Assembly (NCBI GenBank): GCA_033854115.1
Contig: JAWOKS010000027.1
Span: forward strand, 17,290 to 81,289
From: Thermoplasmata archaeon
GTDB lineage: Archaea; Thermoplasmatota; Thermoplasmata; Lutacidiplasmatales; UBA184
DNA length: 64,000 bases
Reading direction: 5' to 3'
Positions 39,144 through 46,568 of this stretch are shown here, piece after piece. A model generated the notes under the pieces. It worked only from the letters and a program-made list of their open reading frames with translations, was not told the origin of the DNA and ran no database searches. Within the stretch, counting starts at the first letter, position 1; every line of letters starts with the position of its first letter. A program made the translations under genes and the position numbers.

Positions 39144-40268
39144 CTACGTCGCGTGCGACGCGCGCTCCCGCTCTCCGCCGAGCGGGGAGCCGCATCGCCC
39201 GCAGTAGCGGAACTTCTCGGCGAGCCCGGTCTCCCCGCAGCTGCCGCAAGAGCGCGTCGGGGGGCCGTGGAGGTAGTTCCCGTTCCCCTCGCGGGCGATC
39301 CGCTGGCGGAGCTCCGCGACCCGCGCGGGGCGCTTGTCGACGAACGCGTGCATCCCCTCGTACGGCTCGGCGGTGGCGAAGTGCAGGGCGAGCCACTCCT
39401 GGGCGTGGCCGATCGTCTGGTTCCAGGCGAGCTCCTTCCAGAAGTTCGTCTGGGCCTTCGTGTACCGCAGGCACTCGGGGAACATGCCGAGGAGGCGCTG
39501 GGCGAGCTCGTCGACGGCTTCGTCGAGCTTCCCGAGGTCGAGCCGATAGCCGCGCTCCTCCTTGCGGGCCCAGCCGATCTCCTCGTCCGACGGCGAGGCG
39601 ACCCATTCGCCGTTCCGGGTGACGGACGGGGCGACCGAGGTCACGAGGCCCCACGCTTGGGCCTGCGCGGCCGGGATCCGCTCGTTCAGGAGAAGCATCG
39701 AGCGCGCCCGCCGGTCCCCGACCGCGAGGGGCAGCCACTGGGTGGCCCCGCCGCTCGCGACCGAGCCGACGCCGACGCCGACCTGCCCGAGGTAGACGTG
39801 GGAGGCCGCGACCGAAAGGTCGCAAGCGAGGTGGAGCTCGTTCCCTCCGCCGACCGCGATCCCGTTGAGGCGCGCGATCACGGGCTTGCCGCAGCGCAAG
39901 AGCGACTCGACGGCGTCGCGGAAGACCGCCATGTACTTCCAGTAGTCGTGCGGGCGCCGGACGAACCGGCCGGCGTACTCCTTGACGTCGCCCCCGGTGC
40001 AGAACGCCCGGGAGCCGCTACCGGTGAGCACGATCACGCCGACCCGGTCGTCGATCGCGGCGGCGTTCACCGCGCGGGCGAGCTCGTGCAGGGTGAGCGT
40101 GCTGTAGGCGTTCAACGCCTCGGGACGATTGAGCGTGACGCGCCCCACGCCGTCCTCGCGCTCGTAGAGGATCTCGCGGAACGGGGCACCCGTCGTGGTC
40201 GCAAGGAGGGGGTCCGCCGGAGAAGGGGCAGAGGGGGCCGGGGTCGGAGGATGGGTTCGCGCGCGCAC
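39144..40268 (-). CDS. oah: 6-oxocyclohex-1-ene-1-carbonyl-CoA hydrolase-like crotonase with C-terminal zinc ribbon
   Basis: AFCTGGDVKEYA, YM..F.D, GGGNE, GGAT, LDEAVDEL, FPEC, WLAL; C-terminal CGSC...CGRC. Confidence 0.75.
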   Translation of the reverse strand: MRARTHPPTPAPSAPSPADPLLATTTGAPFREILYEREDGVGRVTLNRPEALNAYSTLTLHELARAVNAAAIDDRVGVIVLTGSGSRAFCTGGDVKEYAGRFVRRPHDYWKYMAVFRDAVESLLRCGKPVIARLNGIAVGGGNELHLACDLSVAASHVYLGQVGVGVGSVASGGATQWLPLAVGDRRARSMLLLNERIPAAQAQAWGLVTSVAPSVTRNGEWVASPSDEEIGWARKEERGYRLDLGKLDEAVDELAQRLLGMFPECLRYTKAQTNFWKELAWNQTIGHAQEWLALHFATAEPYEGMHAFVDKRPARVAELRQRIAREGNGNYLHGPPTRSCGSCGETGLAEKFRYCGRCGSPLGGERERASHAT

Positions 40269-40645
40269 GGACGCCTCGGGCCACCATCAGGGCCGTAGGG
40301 CAAGGGGGTTCTCCCTTACCGGTAGGGGCCCCGGGGCGGACCCGGGTCGCCGGTCGCGCGAATGGAACGGGCTGCGCCAGGTCGATCGCCGAGGGAACCC
40401 TCCGGATCGGCCCATCCCGGTTCCTCGGAAGGCGCGAGGATGGGGCCGCGACCCCGAGACCCACCTCCACTGCCAACCAGGTCCCCGCGGCTCCCAAGGA
40501 CGGGGGCCGGGTCCCTCGGTCCAGGCGCCGCCCTGCCCGTACCGGTGAGGGTGCGCGCGAGCCCTGCGGGACGCGGAGCGAACTCCCGGGCCCGGGGGTT
40601 CCGCATCGAAAAATCACTTGAACCCGAACGACCGTCGCGACGTCC

Positions 40646-41482
40646 GTGCCCGTACGCGAGCGAATCGAGGGGCCGGTCCTCGTGGTGACCATCGATCGGC
40701 CGGAGGCGAGGAACGCGATCGACCCGGAGACCCATGCACGGTTGCTCCGCGCGTGGCGGCGTCTCCGGGACGACGAGCGGCTCCGGGTCGGGGTCCTCAC
40801 GGGGGCCGGCACCCTCGCGTTCTGCGCCGGGATCGACCTGAAGCGGCTCGAGGACTTCTATGCGGAAGCCTATCCCGGGGCCCGGCGCGAGCGGTTCGGC
40901 CGGGAGCCGGGCCTCGGCGGCCTCACCCGGAACTTCGACCCGGGTAAGCCGGTGATCGCGGCAGTCAACGGCTACTGCCTCGGGCTCGGGCTCGAGCTCG
41001 CGCTCGCCTGCGACCTGCGGCTCGCGAGCCCGAACGCGACCTTCGGGCTCCCCGAGGTCCGGTGGGGGATCATCCCGGGACAGGGCGGGACGCAGCGGCT
41101 CGCGCGCGCGATCCCGGCCAATCTCGCCCTCGAGATGATCCTCACCGGGGGCCCGATCTCCGCCGAGAGGGCGGTCGCGATCGGCCTCGTCAACCGGCTC
41201 GTTCCCTCGGCCGCGCTCGTGCCCGAGGCCGTCGCCCTCGGGCGGACGATCGCCCAGTTCCCCGCCCGGGCGGTGCGGCTCGCGCGCGAAGCGGTGCGAC
41301 GGGGCCTCGACCTCCCGCTCCCCGAGGCGCTCCAGTTCGAGCAGGACCTCGCCGACCCGCTCCGCTCGAGCCCGGAGAGCCAGGAGGCCCGTCGCGGGTT
41401 CGGAGGGCGGGACCGTAGGGCGTCCCCACCTCCCTCGCCCCGTTCGGGGTCGAGACCGCGACGGCGCCGTCGGGCGCGATGA
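40646..41482 (+). CDS. Enoyl-CoA hydratase/isomerase family protein
   Basis: DRPEARNAI, AFCAGIDL, GYCLGLGLE, GLPEVRWGIIP.QGGTQRL; divergent from oah. Confidence 0.9.
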   Translation: MPVRERIEGPVLVVTIDRPEARNAIDPETHARLLRAWRRLRDDERLRVGVLTGAGTLAFCAGIDLKRLEDFYAEAYPGARRERFGREPGLGGLTRNFDPGKPVIAAVNGYCLGLGLELALACDLRLASPNATFGLPEVRWGIIPGQGGTQRLARAIPANLALEMILTGGPISAERAVAIGLVNRLVPSAALVPEAVALGRTIAQFPARAVRLAREAVRRGLDLPLPEALQFEQDLADPLRSSPESQEARRGFGGRDRRASPPPSPRSGSRPRRRRRAR

Positions 41483-41498
41483 CCTCGGGCGGGACGGC

Positions 41499-42269
41499 TC
41501 AGCGCTCGCCGAGGTGCGGGGCGAGCATCTTGCTCTCCGCCCGACGCAGGAGCTCGGACGCGGTCGACCGGCTGACGCCGAGAATGCGGGAGAGCTCCTT
41601 CAAGTTCGTCCGGCGCGGGAACGCGTAGAAGCCGAGGCGGTAGGCGGTCTCGAGCGCCGTCGCCTGGCGGGCTGTGAGGGTCTGCGGCGGAACGAACCGG
41701 CGCATCCGGAGGATCGGGGGCCGCGGGTCGTCCCCCTGGCCGAGGGACCGCACGACCGACTTGAGCGCGCCCGGCGCCCGCGGGAGCACGAGCGTCCAGC
41801 GGTCCGGCACCTCGCTGCCATCGGCCGGCAGGAACTGGCAGGTCGCGCAGATCACGCCCCCCTCGAAGATCCGACGGCAGGACTCGGGCATCCGGGTCAC
41901 GGTGCGGACGAACCGCCGCGAGGGCGACAGCACCATGACGGTGAGCTCGAGGAGATCGTCCCGGTGGCGGAGGTAGCGCTCGGCCGCCGCGAGGTCCCCC
42001 GGGTCGCCGGTAAGCTCCGCGACCTGGAGAAGGCGGGAGGCGTCCACCCCCATCGGACGGCAGACGTTGAGGCGGACCCGGAGGTTCCAGCGCTCGGTGA
42101 CGTCCCGGCTCCAGTGGCCGGCGGTCCCGGCCGGTACGTCGACCTCGACGAGCGGCAGCTGGACGAGGTTCGGGGCGATCCGGGGCGAGAACGACTCGGT
42201 GGACGGACGGCGGGAGGGTCCCGAACCCACGGACCCCGACGACGGCCGACGCCGGCTCGCGCCCTTCAT
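41499..42269 (-). CDS. HTH_10 (bacterio-opsin activator type) transcriptional regulator
   Basis: C-terminal LTARQATALETAYRLGFYAFPRRTNLKELSRILGVSRSTASELLRRAESK; start uncertain. Confidence 0.85.
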   Translation of the reverse strand: MKGASRRRPSSGSVGSGPSRRPSTESFSPRIAPNLVQLPLVEVDVPAGTAGHWSRDVTERWNLRVRLNVCRPMGVDASRLLQVAELTGDPGDLAAAERYLRHRDDLLELTVMVLSPSRRFVRTVTRMPESCRRIFEGGVICATCQFLPADGSEVPDRWTLVLPRAPGALKSVVRSLGQGDDPRPPILRMRRFVPPQTLTARQATALETAYRLGFYAFPRRTNLKELSRILGVSRSTASELLRRAESKMLAPHLGER

Positions 42270-42388
42270 CCCGTCCGGCCCCCCCGGGAGAGCGGGCGGC
42301 CCGAGATAAGCCCTGACCACGCCGCTCTCGCCCATCGGGGTTCCTCGGTCGTTCGGCTCTCGGAAGGAGCGGTGTCCGGATCGGCGGA

Positions 42389-42937
42389 TCAGACGACCGT
42401 CATCGTGCCCGACATGTAGCCCGGAACGCCCATCGGAGCCCCCGAGTAGCCGTCCGACCCGCACGGGTCGACGCAGACCCAGGTGTACACCCCGGGCGAG
42501 GCGAGGTCGACCGTGAACGTGACGGTGCTCATGCCCGGGCTGACCACGTTGAGGTTCAGGTCCGGGATCGTGAACGTGTGCGCGATGTTCGTGCTCGGGA
42601 CGTCCGACATCGGCGTGCCGTTGACGGACTCCGTCCCGCCGACCGTGCCGGTCACGTTGCAGGGGCAGCCCGACCAGGCCACCGGCGCATCGAAGTCGAG
42701 GATCGTGAAGAGGACCACGCCGTGCGGAACGGTGAAGTTCGCGGGCGAGTACTGGGGCTGGCCGTTCACCGGGTTCACCTGCACGGTGAGGTACATGTGC
42801 GCGGGCCCGGACGACGCGGGCGAGGGCGGGGCGTTCGCGTTCGCGCTGGCCGTGACCCCGGTCCAGACGAGCAGCAGCACGACCACGCTGAACGCGAGCC
42901 CGGCGGCCACGAGATTGTAGTACTCCCTGTCCTTCAC
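42389..42937 (-). CDS. Membrane-anchored cupredoxin-like protein
   Basis: N-terminal TM, YSPANFTVP, AHTFT, YTWVCVDPCG...PM...GYMSGTMTV. Confidence 0.75.
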   Translation of the reverse strand: MKDREYYNLVAAGLAFSVVVLLLVWTGVTASANANAPPSPASSGPAHMYLTVQVNPVNGQPQYSPANFTVPHGVVLFTILDFDAPVAWSGCPCNVTGTVGGTESVNGTPMSDVPSTNIAHTFTIPDLNLNVVSPGMSTVTFTVDLASPGVYTWVCVDPCGSDGYSGAPMGVPGYMSGTMTVV

Positions 42938-43060
42938 GTTCTCTCCCTACGTCCGAGCACGGACGAGGAGACCGGACCCCACCACGACCTCACCGATCTC
43001 CTCCGGTCCGCGCACCGGTCCCCACGCTCGCGGTGGGAGAAGGCCGTACTGCCTTACCGG

Positions 43061-44044
43061 TTAGGTTCCCGGGCCGCCCCCTCCTCGGGAGGCGCCGGAC
43101 GACGCCGTCGAGGTGCCGCCGACCCGAGCGGACGGCAGCTCGGGGCCGACCACGTCGGCGAGCGCGGCGATCAGGTCGGGGTCGGCGTTCGGCGAGGGGA
43201 CCCGCTCGAGCTCGATCCCGCGCCGGGCCGCCCGCTCCTTGAGCTCGATGTCGAGGTCGTAGAGGACCTCGAGGTTGTCCGCCGCGAAGCCGTAGGCGGC
43301 GAGCAGCACGCCCCCCGGGGTCGCCCGTGGGAGCTCGTCCACCACGGACTCGACCGACGGGCCGAGCCACGCCTCGCCGGTGCGCCCGACGCTCTGGTAC
43401 GCGGCGATCGACCGAGCCGGCCCGAGCCGAGCGAGGATCGCCTCGCGGGTCCTCTCGAGGGATCGCACGTAGGGGTCGCCGCTCGCGCTCGCGCGGACGG
43501 GAAGGCTGTGCGCGGAGAAGAGGAGGACCGGGTCCGCGCCGGTCCGCCCACGGAGCCTCGCGCGGGCCGAGCGGATGCGTTCCGTCCAACCCTCGACCCA
43601 ACGAGGTTCGAGGTGCCAGCCCGTCACGTAGCGTACGGGGCCGATGTGGCCCCGGGCCCGCAGGCGGGTCCGGACCTCCGCGAGGTACGTTCCGACCCCC
43701 CAACGGGAGTAGTACGGGGTGAGGGGAACGATGGAGAGTCGTTCCGCCCCGGCCTCCTCGAGGGCATCGAGCGCTTCATCGAGGCTCGGGGAGCCGACCA
43801 CGGCACCGTACCGGCACGGCCTCGTCTGGCCCGCCGCCCGGTAATGGGCCTCGAGCCGTTCGGCCTGCGCCTCGGAGATCCTCCCGAGCGGCGACCCTCC
43901 CCCGATGCGGGCGTAGCGGGCCCGGAACTCGTCGACGAGCTCGGGAGGGGTAGGACGGCCCCGGCGGATCCCCTCGAGGAACCGGCCGACCTCGTCGAGC
44001 GTCGCGGGGGCGCCGAGCGCGCAGAGCAGCACGCCGTCCGGCAT
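43061..44044 (-). CDS. hemH: Ferrochelatase (HemH/CpfC)
   Basis: RYARIGGGSPL, LTPYYS, LFSAHSLP, GDPY, YQSVG...WLGP, FAADNLEVLYDLD. Confidence 0.92.
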   Translation of the reverse strand: MPDGVLLCALGAPATLDEVGRFLEGIRRGRPTPPELVDEFRARYARIGGGSPLGRISEAQAERLEAHYRAAGQTRPCRYGAVVGSPSLDEALDALEEAGAERLSIVPLTPYYSRWGVGTYLAEVRTRLRARGHIGPVRYVTGWHLEPRWVEGWTERIRSARARLRGRTGADPVLLFSAHSLPVRASASGDPYVRSLERTREAILARLGPARSIAAYQSVGRTGEAWLGPSVESVVDELPRATPGGVLLAAYGFAADNLEVLYDLDIELKERAARRGIELERVPSPNADPDLIAALADVVGPELPSARVGGTSTASSGASRGGGGPGT

Positions 44045-44078
44045 GCGACGCCTCACGCCCCCGGGCCCGGGCACGCGC

Positions 44079-44579
44079 TCATGGCACGGTCTGGAGGAGG
44101 GCGGCCTCGAAGAGGACCACCACCATCAGCGCGAGGTTGACGAACGAGACGGTCCGGCTTCGGCGTCGGAGGGCGCGCAGTTCGTCGTAGCGCTGCTCGC
44201 GGGCGAGGCGGACGATCTTCGGACCGTAGTAGAGCCCGTGGAGGTAGACGAGCGCGATGAGCACGACGACGGTGAGCGCCTTCGCGAGCAGCACCTCCCC
44301 TGAGAGCGAGGTCCAAAGGGCGCTCGTCGTCGGGAGGTACCAGCTCGCGTTGTAGAGGCCCGTGACGACCAGGACGACCAGGAGCGGCGTGCTGAACGTC
44401 CCGAACCGCCGCGCGACCGCCCCGACGAACGCCGTGCGTTCCGACTCGTTCCCGCTGCGCGCCCGCGTCACGGGCTCGAGGACGAGCCAGAAGAACAACG
44501 AGCCCCCGACGAAGAGGACAGCGGAGAGGAGGTGGACCCAGAGGACGATCGTCTCCACCCAGTCGATCGACGCGGTCAA
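44079..44579 (-). CDS. CopD/DUF4149-like four-TM membrane protein
   Basis: WVHLLSAVLFVGG, TGLYN, LLAK, YLHG; overlaps radical SAM stop. Confidence 0.7.
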   Translation of the reverse strand: MTASIDWVETIVLWVHLLSAVLFVGGSLFFWLVLEPVTRARSGNESERTAFVGAVARRFGTFSTPLLVVLVVTGLYNASWYLPTTSALWTSLSGEVLLAKALTVVVLIALVYLHGLYYGPKIVRLAREQRYDELRALRRRSRTVSFVNLALMVVVLFEAALLQTVP

Positions 44580-45733
44580 TGATCAGAGGCCCCCAACGAG
44601 GAGAGGCCGCCCGGGCCGGGGCCTTCCCCGACGGGAGGTCGAGCGGTCCCGGCGACCCGAAGGCACGCGGGATCGCTCCCGAGAAGATCGCCCGAGATGG
44701 CCCAGGAGCGGGCGCGGCTCCCGCCGCAGACCGCGCGATGGTCGCAGCGCCCGCACGGTCCGTGGAACGCCCGGGCCCGGATCGATCTCAACCGCGGCTC
44801 GTCCCGGTACACGGCCACCGGGGACCGCACCCGCACGTTGCCGAGCGGGACCTCCACGAACCCCCCGGGGTAGATCGTTCCGTCGTGCGCGACGAACACG
44901 GTGCCGTCCCCGTCGAGGGTGCCCGTCGGGGAGATCGAAGGCGCGCGGGACGGCGGGCCGAGCCTCGACCGGAGCTCGTCGGACCACCGGGAGAACGCCG
45001 CGGGGGTCGGTCGGTCCGGCGCCGCCCGGCGTTCGGCCGCGATCCGGCGCACGAACGGTCCCTCGATCGGACGGACGACGAGCCCGTAACCGGTCGCATC
45101 GTAGAGGAGGTGCCCGACCGCTTCGTACTCCTCGGGGGAAAGCTCCTCGAGCTCGGCGCCTCGCCCCGTGCGCACCAGGAAGAATACCTCCCAGGTCGGG
45201 ACCCCGTGCTCGAGGAGCAGCCCGCAGAGCCTCGGGAGCTCCGCGAGGTTCGAACGGAGGACGGTGGTGTTCACTTGGACGCGGAGACCCGCCCGGCGCG
45301 CCGCCGCGATCGCGGCGAGCGTGGCCGCGAACGTCCCCGGGACCCCGCGCACCCCGTCGTGCGTCGCCGCGGTCGCGCCGTCCAGGCTGAACGAGACCGA
45401 GGCGACCCCCTCGGAGGCGAACCGCTCGAGGACCTCCGCGGTCAGGCGGTCGGAGACCGCGGGCGAGACCGCGACCGGGAAGCCGCGCCCGCGCGCCGAG
45501 GCGATGAGGTCGAAGAGGTCGGGTCGGGAAAGGGGGTCCCCGCCGGTGAGGACGAGCACCGGGAGGGGCGACCCGAACGCCGTGAGCGCTTCGAGCAGCC
45601 GCTCCGCCTCGTCGGTCGCGAGCTCCCCCGGGAGCGGCTCAGGGCCCGCCCGGGCACGGCAGTGGACGCACGCGAGCGGGCAACGGCGGGTGAGCTCCCA
45701 GAAGACGAGGACGGGGCGCTCCGCGAACCTCAC
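44576..45733 (-). CDS. Radical SAM/SPASM protein (TIGR04053/AhbD/NirJ-like)
   Basis: VFWELTRRCPLACVHCRA, TGGDPL, CGRC...CGGSRAR...DPAC. Confidence 0.85.
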   Translation of the reverse strand: MRFAERPVLVFWELTRRCPLACVHCRARAGPEPLPGELATDEAERLLEALTAFGSPLPVLVLTGGDPLSRPDLFDLIASARGRGFPVAVSPAVSDRLTAEVLERFASEGVASVSFSLDGATAATHDGVRGVPGTFAATLAAIAAARRAGLRVQVNTTVLRSNLAELPRLCGLLLEHGVPTWEVFFLVRTGRGAELEELSPEEYEAVGHLLYDATGYGLVVRPIEGPFVRRIAAERRAAPDRPTPAAFSRWSDELRSRLGPPSRAPSISPTGTLDGDGTVFVAHDGTIYPGGFVEVPLGNVRVRSPVAVYRDEPRLRSIRARAFHGPCGRCDHRAVCGGSRARSWAISGDLLGSDPACLRVAGTARPPVGEGPGPGGLSSLGASDH

Positions 45734-45900
45734 GCGGGTCCCTCCTCGGCGACGCGGTCAGGGGAACGGACCGGGGGTCGGTGGGACCGGGAATGCCCGG
45801 ACTCGATCGGTCCGTGCGACGTTCGGGTGCCCCGCCGGCCTCCCGACCGCGTCCGAAGCCGTCCCCGGCCGCTCATCGCCTCCCGGAGAACCGGGGCGGC

Positions 45901-46500
45901 TCAAATGTCCTCGTAGGGACCCGTGACCTCGATTGGCTCCCCGCGCGCCGACTCGGGCGCCGGGTGGAGCGAGCCACGGGCGCGGCGGTTCTCGCCGGAG
46001 ATCGCGCGCACCACATCCTCGCGCGTGACGATCCCGACGAGGTGCTGGCGGTCGTCGAGCACCGGGAGGCGCTTCACGCCGTGGAGCCGCATGAGCCGCG
46101 CGGCCTCGTGGATCGTGGCCCGCCGGTCGATCGTCACCACGGAGCGGGTCATCACGTCCCCGACCCGGGTGTTCTTGAGGTGGCTGCGGCAGACCTCGAG
46201 GACGCTCTCGCCCTTCGCGGGGGCCGACTCGAGCAGGAGGTCCAAGAGGCCTCGGGCGCTCGCGACCCCCGCGGCCCGGTGGAGCGTCCGCACGAGGTCC
46301 CGCTCGCTGAGCACCCCGACGACCCGGTAGGGCGGGTCCACCACGGGCAGGCCTGAGACGTGATGTTCCCGAAGCAGGCGGGCAGCCTGATCGAGACGCG
46401 CGTCGGGGGTGGTCGACACCACGAGGCGCGTCATGATCTCGGAAACCGCAGTCCGGTCGTCCATGGTGGTCCCGTCCGTAGGACCCTCTTGTTTCGGCAC
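45901..46500 (-). CDS. CBS-domain pair protein
   Basis: VSGLPVVD, VGVLSERDL, VKRLPV, VGIVTREDV. Confidence 0.9.
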   Translation of the reverse strand: MPKQEGPTDGTTMDDRTAVSEIMTRLVVSTTPDARLDQAARLLREHHVSGLPVVDPPYRVVGVLSERDLVRTLHRAAGVASARGLLDLLLESAPAKGESVLEVCRSHLKNTRVGDVMTRSVVTIDRRATIHEAARLMRLHGVKRLPVLDDRQHLVGIVTREDVVRAISGENRRARGSLHPAPESARGEPIEVTGPYEDI

Positions 46501-46568
46501 GGATAGCTCTCAGGTCAACCCTAATGGACCGAGGAGGGGAAGGTCCCTCGCACGAACGGGTTGGGGGG

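Noticed and set aside
39144..40268. MenB naphthoate synthase
   Set aside because: Has Oah-like KEYA, FPEC and WLAL segments and an insertion; no men genes nearby
42389..42937. Canonical sulfocyanin/rusticyanin or oxidase subunit II
   Set aside because: The C-terminal His ligand is absent, and no oxidase subunit I with canonical motifs is in the window
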